Positions 8,867 through 18,032 of a DNA stretch of 39,789 bases are shown here, piece after piece; the stretch's first letter is position 1; every line of letters begins with the position of its first letter. The notes beneath the pieces were generated by a model. It did not search any database and was not told the DNA's origin. It worked only from the letters and a program-made list of their open reading frames with translations. Origin of the DNA: Bernardetiaceae bacterium. Its GTDB lineage: Bacteria; Bacteroidota; Bacteroidia; Cytophagales; Bernardetiaceae. The stretch lies in contig JAFIER010000230.1 of the NCBI GenBank assembly GCA_020832465.1, forward strand, positions 1 to 39,789, in the 5' to 3' direction. The position numbers and the translations under genes were made by a program.

Positions 8867-10084
8867 ACTGAAGTTACGCAGAAAGACTTCTTATAAATAT
8901 ATTTAAATCTATTTATGTATTTTATGCGGCTAATGCTTCGCCTATGGGTGTAGCTACTTGCAGACGCATATCGGAAACCTCGCGCCAAGCATTTTTTAGC
9001 GCATTTATGTATATTTTACGTTTGAGTGCATAATGATTATGACCTAATCGCTTAGACAAACACTCCCAGTCAAATGTAGCGTAAAGTACTGCAAAACAAT
9101 GATTTATCTGTGTTCTTATACTATGAGCAGGTGATTTACCATAGTTAAAGTTGGTTTTAATACTGCGATGATGTTCCTCTACTTTCCACCGTTTTTGATA
9201 GATTGTAGTCATTGCCTCGTAAGAAAGGGATAGTTCGTTACTCACAAGATAGATAATGCCCTGACTTGAGTCCTTGTTTGTAAAGACTTGTTGGCAAAGA
9301 CGTAGCGGAAAAGCTACCCCCTTTACATACACATCATAGACACTTCCCTCTTCTAACGGTAACGAATCTACCCTTTCATATCTTCCAGCTTTTTTGTCCT
9401 CTAAACTTAAAGCAACCCCATGATTGTCGTTAAGAGGCAGAACAAACTTTAAATTTAAATCATTCAAATGCAGCATGTTAGCCTTCCCATTATACCAACT
9501 ATCAGCAAGTACAAAGTCAATGGCAAGTTGATTGCTTACGCTTTGCGATACAATACGTCTAAATTTGTCATTTTTTGTTTCGCTACTTTTTCGCTTCTGC
9601 TTACCTGTTTTTTTATCCTTAATAATCTGGTCTTTGATAACAAAATCAAAAGATACAGGAATGCTATAATCAGACACATAATAAAGTGCGCTAACCTGAT
9701 TAATGCCCTTAAGACAACGTCTTTTACTGTGATCAAAGTGCCAAGCTATTAAACCATTGACCTTTGAATGGGCTTTTTCTTGAATATGATCATCAATAAT
9801 CAGTAATTTTAAATCCGTAGTCTGTGCACTTAGCCGGCGTACCGTAGGCTTAACCAGCTGCCATAAGTCTTTACCTGTGTAATCACGGGCAGATAAAAAA
9901 CGTGTGCACTTATCATGTGATATTTCATTATCGGTAAGAGCCGATAAGTTCGTTGCAGTCGCCTGATTAAAAGCAACTTGCAAAAATTGCGAATAAATAG
10001 CCAACATTTTTTTGTCCATAATCACAAATTTACGTAAATTGCACCTATATAGCAAAAAAAAAATGCGTAGTGCGTAACTTCAGT
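8867..10084 (-). mobile_element. IS4-family insertion sequence (1218 bp), apparently intact
   Basis: Perfect 14-bp terminal inverted repeats ACTGAAGTTACGCA at 8867-8880 and 10071-10084 (reverse complement). Flanked by 5-bp direct repeat TATTT (8862-8866 and 10085-10089). Encloses one transposase ORF. Confidence 0.7.
8922..10055 (-). CDS. DDE transposase, IS4 family, 377 aa
   Basis: DDE-type layout with candidate catalytic Asp residues (LLIIDDH; VLADSWY). C-terminal YREK signature YQKRWKVEEHHRSIKT typical of the IS4 family. Confidence 0.7.
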   Translation of the reverse strand: MLYRCNLRKFVIMDKKMLAIYSQFLQVAFNQATATNLSALTDNEISHDKCTRFLSARDYTGKDLWQLVKPTVRRLSAQTTDLKLLIIDDHIQEKAHSKVNGLIAWHFDHSKRRCLKGINQVSALYYVSDYSIPVSFDFVIKDQIIKDKKTGKQKRKSSETKNDKFRRIVSQSVSNQLAIDFVLADSWYNGKANMLHLNDLNLKFVLPLNDNHGVALSLEDKKAGRYERVDSLPLEEGSVYDVYVKGVAFPLRLCQQVFTNKDSSQGIIYLVSNELSLSYEAMTTIYQKRWKVEEHHRSIKTNFNYGKSPAHSIRTQINHCFAVLYATFDWECLSKRLGHNHYALKRKIYINALKNAWREVSDMRLQVATPIGEALAA

Positions 10085-10131
10085 TATTTATTCTTTGGAT
10101 TTGTAACCAAGAAATTGATAATCAAGGGAAA

Positions 10132-12840
10132 TTGAGTAAAAATATTAAAGATAAGTTGGAAAAATCTTTTGATATAAGTTTCTTAAATTTTAATAAAATC
10201 GCTTACAGATTATTGATTTCTACTGCATCTGTGTCTTTCGAAAATACGAGTATTAATTTTGATAATTTAAAGCTAAATTCTGTTCAAATCAAAAACTTTA
10301 AAGGTTTTAAGGAGTGTGGAGCAGATGATAGAGGTTGTAAAATTGATATTCACAAAAATAAAACTATCATTTTTGCACCCAATGGAGGAGGTAAAACTTC
10401 TTTTTGTGAGGCTTTAGAATATAAATTAACAGGAGAAATAAAAGAGGCGAAAAGACGTGGATATGGCAAAAATCTAAACTCTTACTTTGAGAACTCTGAT
10501 AACAACGAAGTTATAAATCTGTTTAATGACAGTTTTGATAATCTTTCAGAGTCTGACAAAGAATATTTTAAAACTTGTTTTATTGAGAAAAACCGTATTC
10601 AAGAATTTGCTCTTTTAGGCTCAAAAGATACTGATACCAAAGAAAAAGATGTAATTGCTATTCTTTTTGGTTTGGAAGATTTACTTGAATTGACAACAAG
10701 ATTTGTGCAGCCCACAAGTTTTAAAATTGAACAAAAGAATACAGCCCAAGAAAAGTTAAAAAATTTGGAAAACACAAATACTAAGAACCTTACAAAGCAA
10801 AAAACAAGAACAAGCGACATTTCAAGCAAGAAAAAAGAAGTCTGTACCCTTTTTTCTTTACAAGAAATAGACTATGGAACAGAACTTTACAACCAAAAAA
10901 AACAAGATTTACAAAGTACCATCAGTGAATTAGAAAAATTAGTAAAACCTGATTCTAACAAACCTTTACAATATCATTCCAAAAATGATATTATGCAATC
11001 TTGTACTGATGTTCAAACTTTGTTTCGTGAATATCAAACCTTACAATCAGAACTAAATCAACAAAAGCAGAATGTAGATTTTAAAAATTTGTATAACGCA
11101 ATCAATGAATTTTCAAATCGCAATCTAAGTGCTTGCCCTGCTTGTGATACACCATTGAACAAAGTAGTTCGTAATCCTTTTGAAAAAGCATCAAAAGAGT
11201 TAGAAAATTTGAAAGAAATCAGTGAGAAGAGTACAAAACTCGAACAACAACTAAATAATATTTTATCAAAATATAACGACATCATAAAACTATTTCTAAA
11301 TACCTGTCACTCTAATCTCAAGGATAATAAAATGTCAAATGTAGATATGAGTAACAAAATCACGAGTTTGAGCGATATATTAGGAAACGATAAAAACAAT
11401 CCTGAAAAACAACTTGAACTTACTATTCAAGTTTGCGAATATGTTTTATCAAACCCTATTCCTTCTGAACTTGAATCTTATTTTACTCAATTAGAAAAAA
11501 TCCAAAAAGAACAAGTTGAAAAACAAAGTAGTATTCAAAGCAATCAACAAAAATTAGATCAAGCAAAAGGAAAAAGTAAAGAAGTAGATTTGCTAGAAAG
11601 ACAGTTAAAGGAGTTTGAAGATGAGTTAATTCAAATTAACGATGCTCTTACTCATTATCAATCTCAAAAGTCTGCTTTGCAAATTGAAGTTAAAAAAGAG
11701 AATCAGTTTAATACTTTTCTAAATCAAGTTCAAAGTGCATACAAAAATTTTTATAAAGACTTGCTAAACTTTAAATCAAAGGTAGAAGAACAAAATTTTG
11801 ACGGTATTCAAGATACTGCAACAAAATATTATCAGGCTATCAACAAACACGATACTGATGCAGAGCAAATAAAAAAAATTAAGTTTGTGAAAGAAGGAGA
11901 TAACTACCGAATTAAACTCATACTAAAAAATAACACCCAAGAACAAGATGCTTTTGCTTGTTTGAGTGAAGGACATACTCGTGCATTAGGGCTTTCTTTG
12001 ATGTTAGCCGTAGCCAAAGATAAACCATTTTTTATTTTTGATGACGTGGTAAATGCGATTGATACAGAACATAGGGCGAATATTATTGAAATGATTTTTA
12101 ATGATAAAACTCTTAAAAAAAAGCAGATGATTATAACTACTCATGATAGACTTTTCTGGGAAAGGTTTTGTAACGAGTCGTCAAAACGGAACACCAACAA
12201 TTATTCAAGTTATCTATTTACCACTTCTAAAAATTGTGGTGTATCGCATAAGTCTTATAATGTTGCTTTTGAAGCTAAGATTCAACAAGCCTTAAACGAT
12301 TTTGATATTAGGCAAGCATTGGTTTATTGCCGTATATGGTTCGAAACTATGGCTAAAGATTTCTGTATTAAAGAAAAAAAGAAAGCTGAAGGATATGTTT
12401 CAGAAAAAGGGGGAACTAAATATATAAATATAAGTATTGAAAGTATTTATAAAATACTTGAAAATCATTTTAGTACAAACCCTAATCAGAATTTAACGAA
12501 CTTACGAAGTAAATTTTCTTTTACGGCTCAAAATCAAGAAGCCCACGCGTTTTCAGAACACAACTACAATTTTATTCATTCTCAAACAAGTATAGAAGTC
12601 CAAGAAATTTTCAACTGGTTGAAAGAATTGAATTTTGATTTATTTGCAACCCCAAATGAAAAGAAAATTAGAGAAATTCAAGTTGACATTAAAAAAATTG
12701 AAGAAAAATTAGAAAAGTGTAACAGTCGTCTGTTATATACCAAAGAGGAAACAGAAAGACAAAGTAAAACAGAGGAAAAAGCGAATCTTGAAACGCAACT
12801 TCAAGAAAAACAAACAGAACTAAATCAATTAAATCAATGA
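10132..12840 (+). CDS. Rad50/SbcC-like SMC-type ATPase with zinc hook, 902 aa
   Basis: Walker A FAPNGGGKTSFCEAL. Coiled-coil arms of ~250 aa with CPAC (LSACPACDTPL) midway between Walker A and the signature motif (LSEGHTRALGLSL). Walker B FIFDDVVNAID. D/H-loop MIITTHD. ~230-aa C-terminal extension ends in a coiled coil. The ORF track begins at a TTG, 48 bp after the IS end, so the true start is uncertain. Confidence 0.65.
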   Translation: MSKNIKDKLEKSFDISFLNFNKIAYRLLISTASVSFENTSINFDNLKLNSVQIKNFKGFKECGADDRGCKIDIHKNKTIIFAPNGGGKTSFCEALEYKLTGEIKEAKRRGYGKNLNSYFENSDNNEVINLFNDSFDNLSESDKEYFKTCFIEKNRIQEFALLGSKDTDTKEKDVIAILFGLEDLLELTTRFVQPTSFKIEQKNTAQEKLKNLENTNTKNLTKQKTRTSDISSKKKEVCTLFSLQEIDYGTELYNQKKQDLQSTISELEKLVKPDSNKPLQYHSKNDIMQSCTDVQTLFREYQTLQSELNQQKQNVDFKNLYNAINEFSNRNLSACPACDTPLNKVVRNPFEKASKELENLKEISEKSTKLEQQLNNILSKYNDIIKLFLNTCHSNLKDNKMSNVDMSNKITSLSDILGNDKNNPEKQLELTIQVCEYVLSNPIPSELESYFTQLEKIQKEQVEKQSSIQSNQQKLDQAKGKSKEVDLLERQLKEFEDELIQINDALTHYQSQKSALQIEVKKENQFNTFLNQVQSAYKNFYKDLLNFKSKVEEQNFDGIQDTATKYYQAINKHDTDAEQIKKIKFVKEGDNYRIKLILKNNTQEQDAFACLSEGHTRALGLSLMLAVAKDKPFFIFDDVVNAIDTEHRANIIEMIFNDKTLKKKQMIITTHDRLFWERFCNESSKRNTNNYSSYLFTTSKNCGVSHKSYNVAFEAKIQQALNDFDIRQALVYCRIWFETMAKDFCIKEKKKAEGYVSEKGGTKYINISIESIYKILENHFSTNPNQNLTNLRSKFSFTAQNQEAHAFSEHNYNFIHSQTSIEVQEIFNWLKELNFDLFATPNEKKIREIQVDIKKIEEKLEKCNSRLLYTKEETERQSKTEEKANLETQLQEKQTELNQLNQ

Positions 12841-12895
12841 CAATACCCCACCTCCACAAAAAATCCGAAACCGAAATCTACGCTCAAATAAACGC

Positions 12896-13186
12896 ATGCA
12901 AGATATTTGGGTAATGAAAGACCCACAATATCCGTCGTATCCAACAGAAAAAAATGCCGATGTATTGGATTTAATTATCAAAACCTCTTCAAATCCAAAT
13001 AGTTATGTATTAGACTGCTTTTGCGGTTCGGGAACAACTTTGAAATCTGCACAACTTTTAGGCAGAAATTGGATAGGCATAGACCAATCCGAACAGGCAA
13101 TTAAAGTAAGTGCAAAAAAATTAGACAGCATTTCAAGAGACATATTTACGCCTAAGCCCATTTATGAAAAAATAACGCTATTTTAG
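12896..13186 (+). pseudogene. C-terminal fragment of a beta-class (N6/N4) DNA methyltransferase, 96 codons
   Basis: Contains only motif I and the C-terminal helix: VLDCFCGSGTTLKSAQLLGRNWIGIDQSEQAIKVSAKKL. The full Mod at 18949-21525 has [39 protein letters not shown]. No DPPY region; an in-frame stop lies 66 bp upstream. Confidence 0.6.
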
Positions 13187-13313
13187 AAGTGATGTGGGGA
13201 ATGATCGTGAATATCAAAAAATATCCACAAAATTTACATCAATGCTCACATTCCCCACCAAACACTAAAAACAACTCTTCATCAACACTCCAAAACCAAG
13301 TTATAAATAGGTT

Positions 13314-15245
13314 TTAAAGATTCGCCTCTCCGATTTTACGCACTTTTAAGCGGTCTTGAATCTCGTCGAGAATAGCTGGATCGTCAATCGTCGAGGGGGT
13401 TTGAAAGTCTTCACCATCGGCAATATGTCGCATAACTTTACGCAATATTTTTCCCGAACGGGTTTTGGGAAGTCGCTCCACGATGCTGATGCGCTTGAAG
13501 CAGGCTACAGCTCCGATTTTTTCTCTTATCAAATGGACTAAATCCTTCTCAAGTGCTTCTTCGCTCATATCCTTACTTTCGTTTTTGAGTACGATAAGCC
13601 CGACGGGCACCTGCCCCTTAAGGCTGTCTGCAATTCCGATAACAGCACATTCGGCGACAGCCTTATGCCCTGCCACGATTTCTTCCATCTCGCCCGTAGA
13701 AAGCCTATGCCCCGAGACATTGATTACATCATCTATACGCCCCATGATGTAAAAATAATTATCCTCATCGCGATAGCCCCCATCACCAGCCAAGTAATAG
13801 CCTTCGTATCGCTTGAGATAAGCATCTACGAAGCGTTCGTTGTTTTGCCAAAGCGTGCAAAGCGTACCAGGCGGGAGCGGGAGTTTGATAGCGATGGCGC
13901 CCTCCTCGTTCGGACCGAGTACATTGCCCATAGGATCTAACACCTCGACTTGATAGCCCGGCACGGGCAAAGCCGAAGAGCCTATTTTGATTTCTTTGAG
14001 CTCAATACCGGCAGGATTAGCAAGCATAGCCCAACCCGATTCGGTTTGCCACCAATGGTCTATAACAGGAATTTTGAGTTTTTCTAAACTCCACTCGAGC
14101 GTAGCAGGGTCGCAGCGTTCTCCAGCTACAAAAAGCGTACGCAATGAAGATATATCGTACTTTTTGATAAGCTCGCCTTCGGCATCTTCTTTTCGTATGG
14201 CACGAATCGCCGTCGGTGCTGTAAACATCACACTCACTTTATGCTCTTCTATCATACGCCAAAATGTGCCCGCATCAGGTGTGCGTATCGGCTTGCCTTC
14301 GAAAAGTACGGTCGTACAACCCGAAATCAAAGGAGAATATACAATATAAGAATGCCCCACAACCCAGCCGACATCAGAAGCTGCCCAAAAAACTTCGCCG
14401 GGCTTAGCACCATAAATTTTATCCATACTAAATCGCATCGCCACAGCATGACCGCCATTATCACGGACAATACCTTTGGGCTTACCCGTCGTACCTGATG
14501 TATAAATGATATAAAGTGGGTGAGTGCTCTCGACGGGCACAGGATCAACGGGCTGCGCCTGCGCTACTGCACTTGCCCAATCTTTATACAAATCCTCGCC
14601 CTCGATAGACTGCGGGTAAGTCTCTCGTTCAAAAAACAAAATTGCCGTAGGCTTGTGCTCTGCTTGTGCGACAGCTTTATCTAAAAGCGGTTTGTAGGGA
14701 ATGACTTTATCAAACTCAATACCACAAGAAGCAGAGAGCAACACCTTAGGTTGTGCATCATCAATCCTCACGGCTAACTCATGCGGCGCAAAGCCCCCAA
14801 AAACTACAGAGTGAATAGCTCCAAGCCGTGCGCAGGCCAGCATAGCCATAGCAGCCTGTGGCATCATAGGCATATAAATTACGACCCTATCCCCTTTTTC
14901 AACGCCCATACTTTTCAGTACGCCCGCAAGGCGTGCTACTTCATCTCGAAGTTCACGAAAAGTATATTGCATTTTTACGCCTGAGGCGGGCGAATCATAA
15001 ATCAAGGCTAACTGCTCAGCACGCCCATTTTCTATATGATAATCCAAGGCTAAATAAGAAGTATTGAGCATACCACCCTCATACCATTGCGCATAGCCGT
15101 GTGTGTTCTGACTTAAAATTTGCTTGGGAAATTCATACCAAGCTATTTTTTCGGCTTCATTACGCCAAAAATCTTCTGGATTTTGAATGCTTTGCTGATA
15201 AACCTCCTGATAGGTAGCGGTTACCTCTGTGTTTGATGTACTCAT
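13314..15245 (-). CDS. prpE: propionyl-CoA synthetase (AMP-forming acyl-CoA synthetase, PrpE-like), 643 aa
   Basis: Full-length colinearity with PrpE/Acs. YQQSIQNPEDFW. AMP-binding motif YTSGTTGKPKG. VVFGGFAPHELAVRIDDAQPKVL. DDVINVSGHRL. LPKTRSGKILRK. The C-terminal STIDDPAILDEIQ tail is PrpE-like rather than Acs-like. Confidence 0.8.
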   Translation of the reverse strand: MSTSNTEVTATYQEVYQQSIQNPEDFWRNEAEKIAWYEFPKQILSQNTHGYAQWYEGGMLNTSYLALDYHIENGRAEQLALIYDSPASGVKMQYTFRELRDEVARLAGVLKSMGVEKGDRVVIYMPMMPQAAMAMLACARLGAIHSVVFGGFAPHELAVRIDDAQPKVLLSASCGIEFDKVIPYKPLLDKAVAQAEHKPTAILFFERETYPQSIEGEDLYKDWASAVAQAQPVDPVPVESTHPLYIIYTSGTTGKPKGIVRDNGGHAVAMRFSMDKIYGAKPGEVFWAASDVGWVVGHSYIVYSPLISGCTTVLFEGKPIRTPDAGTFWRMIEEHKVSVMFTAPTAIRAIRKEDAEGELIKKYDISSLRTLFVAGERCDPATLEWSLEKLKIPVIDHWWQTESGWAMLANPAGIELKEIKIGSSALPVPGYQVEVLDPMGNVLGPNEEGAIAIKLPLPPGTLCTLWQNNERFVDAYLKRYEGYYLAGDGGYRDEDNYFYIMGRIDDVINVSGHRLSTGEMEEIVAGHKAVAECAVIGIADSLKGQVPVGLIVLKNESKDMSEEALEKDLVHLIREKIGAVACFKRISIVERLPKTRSGKILRKVMRHIADGEDFQTPSTIDDPAILDEIQDRLKVRKIGEANL

Positions 15246-15477
15246 TTGTGAAAATATGTTTTATTGTAATTTAATTTGCAGATTGGTTATTTTTTAAGCG
15301 AAATCTATGGAAAATGATTACTTTCATAAAATTACAAATATATTTGCATATATGCTAAATCTTTTTAAATTTTTATCGTTTTTTTTTGCTTTGGGTTTGC
15401 TAAAAGCCCCCCTAAGGTACTAAAAACAAAATAAGTATCACAATCAAAATACACTTCAAACAAAACCCCTTTAAATC

Positions 15478-16959
15478 ATGCCACTTCTTATGCGCTTTAT
15501 TACAAAATTATCGCTGACCTTGATTTTTATTTTGAGTAGCCAGCTGCTCACACTCATGGCACAGCCTGCAACTTATGCACTGACTCGCCCCTTCGCTCAA
15601 ACAGACCTCGTAGAAGCCTATGAAGGACTCGAGAAACCCTTTAATATCTCCGTAAATATTCAGTTTACAGTCTGGCAACTCAAAGGAGATACAAGAGCAA
15701 AAAACCTCGCAAATGAAAAACAAAAAGAAGATAGCCTATTAGCTACTTTTCCAAAAGAGAGTTATGAAGTCCGATATTTTAACTTAACGCAAGATAAAAA
15801 TGTAGATATAGAAACCCGAAAAGCATTTCTCTATGACTGGATAAATCAAACCGCAGAAGCCGAACAAACAGCACAATGGCTCACACAAATGGCAGATTAT
15901 TTATATCAAAATGCTGATATTGAACGTGCAAAACGACTAAATACCAAAGCATTGCAAAAAAATAATCAGTATATCCCAGCCCTAAGACTTCAAATACAAT
16001 TAGATTTTGAAAGCCAGTATATCAGTAGCGTATTAGAAAATGCCGAAAAAATACTCAATATCGCTCCTGGCGATAAAGATGCCTTGCTATTCCAGCTACA
16101 AATACAAACTCTCATGAAATTCATGATGGAAGGCGAAGCCACCTATACAATAAACGAAAGTTACATCAAACAAGCCATTGAAAAATACCCAAAAGAACCC
16201 TATTACAAAAACTTGCAAAATGCCATTCAAACTTTTGCTTTATTTTACGAAGTCATAGCAGAAGTCTTTGGAAATGATGACAAAAATGAAAATGATGATG
16301 ATTTTAATATCAAACAACTCAAAAAAGTGAGCAGCAAGCATCAAACACAACTCGATGAGTTGAAAAGCTATTTCCAAAAACGCAACAAAAAAGAACTCGC
16401 TGAAAATGGAGTAGGGGATAATATACTCGGATTTCTTAGCTTTTTAGAAGGAAACGCCAAGCAAGCCACTAAACACTACCAAAAAGCACTAAAAAAAGAC
16501 CCCGAAATTATAGATGCCTATAACAGCCTCGCTTTTATTGCATACAGCGAATCCCAATACCCCCAAGCCATTCAATACATTGAAGATAAAATAAAAGCAA
16601 CTCAAAACGCTAACGAAGATGATTACTTACTCTTAATAGGTTTGGCTTACGAAATGCAAAACCAAAAACAAATGTTTGAGTATATCCAAAAAGCCCAAAA
16701 AGCATATCCGCAATCGCTCGAGTTGCTTACCGTATTTGCTCAAATGGAAGCCGAATTTGCAGACTTAGATAAGGCTCTGACCTACATCAAAAATGCCGAA
16801 GAAATAAGTACCCAAAATAGCAGGCTACAACACCTCAAAGGCATTTTGTATCTCCGAAAGGGCAATGCCGAAGAGGCACATTTTGCGCTCCAAAGTGCTA
16901 TGCTTATGGACAATGAAGCAGCACACGAACTACTCAAAAAATGGATTGTAAAAAAATGA
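15478..16959 (+). CDS. tetratricopeptide-repeat protein with N-terminal signal peptide, 493 aa
   Basis: Hydrophobic N-terminus (LSLTLIFILSSQLLTLMA). Several TPR-like 34-aa units (e.g. AKQATKHYQKALKKDPEIIDAYNSLAFIAY; NAEEAHFALQSAMLMD). Confidence 0.65.
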   Translation: MPLLMRFITKLSLTLIFILSSQLLTLMAQPATYALTRPFAQTDLVEAYEGLEKPFNISVNIQFTVWQLKGDTRAKNLANEKQKEDSLLATFPKESYEVRYFNLTQDKNVDIETRKAFLYDWINQTAEAEQTAQWLTQMADYLYQNADIERAKRLNTKALQKNNQYIPALRLQIQLDFESQYISSVLENAEKILNIAPGDKDALLFQLQIQTLMKFMMEGEATYTINESYIKQAIEKYPKEPYYKNLQNAIQTFALFYEVIAEVFGNDDKNENDDDFNIKQLKKVSSKHQTQLDELKSYFQKRNKKELAENGVGDNILGFLSFLEGNAKQATKHYQKALKKDPEIIDAYNSLAFIAYSESQYPQAIQYIEDKIKATQNANEDDYLLLIGLAYEMQNQKQMFEYIQKAQKAYPQSLELLTVFAQMEAEFADLDKALTYIKNAEEISTQNSRLQHLKGILYLRKGNAEEAHFALQSAMLMDNEAAHELLKKWIVKK

Positions 16960-16991
16960 GAACTAACATTTCTCAAAGAAATGTTAGTTCT
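16959..16991. terminator. perfect palindrome gaactaacatttc-tcaaa-gaaatgttagttc immediately after the TPR gene stop
   Basis: 13-14 bp perfect stem, 5-nt loop, starting at the last base of the stop codon. No U-tract. Confidence 0.4.
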
Positions 16992-17217
16992 GTTACGTGG
17001 TGTCAGATACTTATATTTTACAGCACTTTTTAGGTGTGTTTGGTGAGGACTCCAAACAGGGCGAGAGCACACCCCAAAGAATAAAAGATGATTGCATAGC
17101 ACCGAGTAACGACGTAGATTTATTATACAGGCTAAAAATTTGGAAATCTACATAAAAATTTGCTTTTTTGCTGTAGCAATGCTTTTATGGGTGTAGGACA
17201 ATTTTGCTAAATAAACC

Positions 17218-17252
17218 CAGAACTAACAGTTTTCGAAAAACTGTTAGTTCTG
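17218..17252. repeat. perfect palindrome cagaactaacagtttt-cga-aaaactgttagttctg (16-bp stem)
   Basis: Read directly. Shares the GAACTAACA stem with 16959-16991. Sits in the 370-bp intergenic region upstream of 17331. Confidence 0.45.
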
Positions 17253-17330
17253 AAACTATTTAAGCCGATTTAACAACCTGACGTACACCCCCGTTTTTAT
17301 TTCTATTCAATCCATTACAAAATAAAATCC

Positions 17331-17825
17331 ATGAACCTACAACAAAAATGCTTTACTTTGGGCTTTATCCTGCTCACAAGTCTGATGCTATGGGGTTGCG
17401 CACAAGAGCGTAAAGAAGTAGCCCAAGAAGAAACTTCGGAAAGTGCGGAGACCCAGAGTGAAGCAAAAAAAACAAACTTTCCAAACAAAAAAAGTGAACT
17501 CTCGCTCCTGATGCGAAGCATGTGGGATTCGCTCGATAACATGCGTGAAGATATTCAAAACGAAAGAAAAATATCTGATTTGCGTGCAATGTTCAAAGGC
17601 ATTCATACCGCCACACCTACTGACGAGCATACAAAAACAGAGGTTTACGAACCCCTTGCGGTAGCTTTTAATCAAAATTTGGAAAAATTATACGAAGCCG
17701 AAGGCAAAGATATGCAACTCAAAGCCTATAATCTTCTCGTCGAAAGTTGTATGACTTGCCACGAGCAACAGTGCCCAGGTCCGATGAGCAAAATTCGAAA
17801 ACTTTATGTAAAAAACGAGGACTAA
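17331..17825 (+). CDS. small lipoprotein with a single CxxCH motif (putative c-type cytochrome-like), 164 aa
   Basis: Lipobox LMLWGC after a hydrophobic signal. Single CMTCH heme-binding-type motif near the C-terminus. Otherwise charged and helical. Confidence 0.45.
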   Translation: MNLQQKCFTLGFILLTSLMLWGCAQERKEVAQEETSESAETQSEAKKTNFPNKKSELSLLMRSMWDSLDNMREDIQNERKISDLRAMFKGIHTATPTDEHTKTEVYEPLAVAFNQNLEKLYEAEGKDMQLKAYNLLVESCMTCHEQQCPGPMSKIRKLYVKNED

Positions 17826-17909
17826 ACACTGATTTATTTGATTGAGTGTTAAACTTTCTTAGTTTCAAACTTTAAGCCCCTTTTAAGGGTTCGTAAGATA
17901 GGTAAAATT

Positions 17910-17989
17910 GGGCGAACCTCAAGTTGGTAAATCGATTAAATTATCGAGATAACATTTCTAAACCAAGTTAGCAAAGTTATCGTACGCCC
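17910..17989. repeat. MITE-like palindromic element, copy 2 (80 bp, shorter interior)
   Basis: gggcgaacctcaagttggtaaatc ... ttagcaaagttatcgtacgcccg. Same termini as copy 1, with compensatory change in the terminal stem (gggTg/cAccc becomes gggCg/cGccc). Confidence 0.5.
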
Positions 17990-18032
17990 GTAAGATGGCA
18001 CAATTCCGATAAATACAAAAATTATCCATATT

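Noticed and set aside
10132-10266. Whether the Rad50-like ORF is 5'-truncated by the IS insertion
   Set aside because: It cannot be decided from the ORF track. The TSD and intact TIRs suggest a clean insertion upstream of, rather than inside, the gene. It is left as a question in the findings.
13191-13261. 10-bp inverted repeat gtggggaatg ... cattccccac with a 45-nt loop between the MTase fragment and prpE
   Set aside because: The loop is too large for a stable terminator and has no U-tract. It could be chance in a 130-bp spacer, so it is mentioned only.
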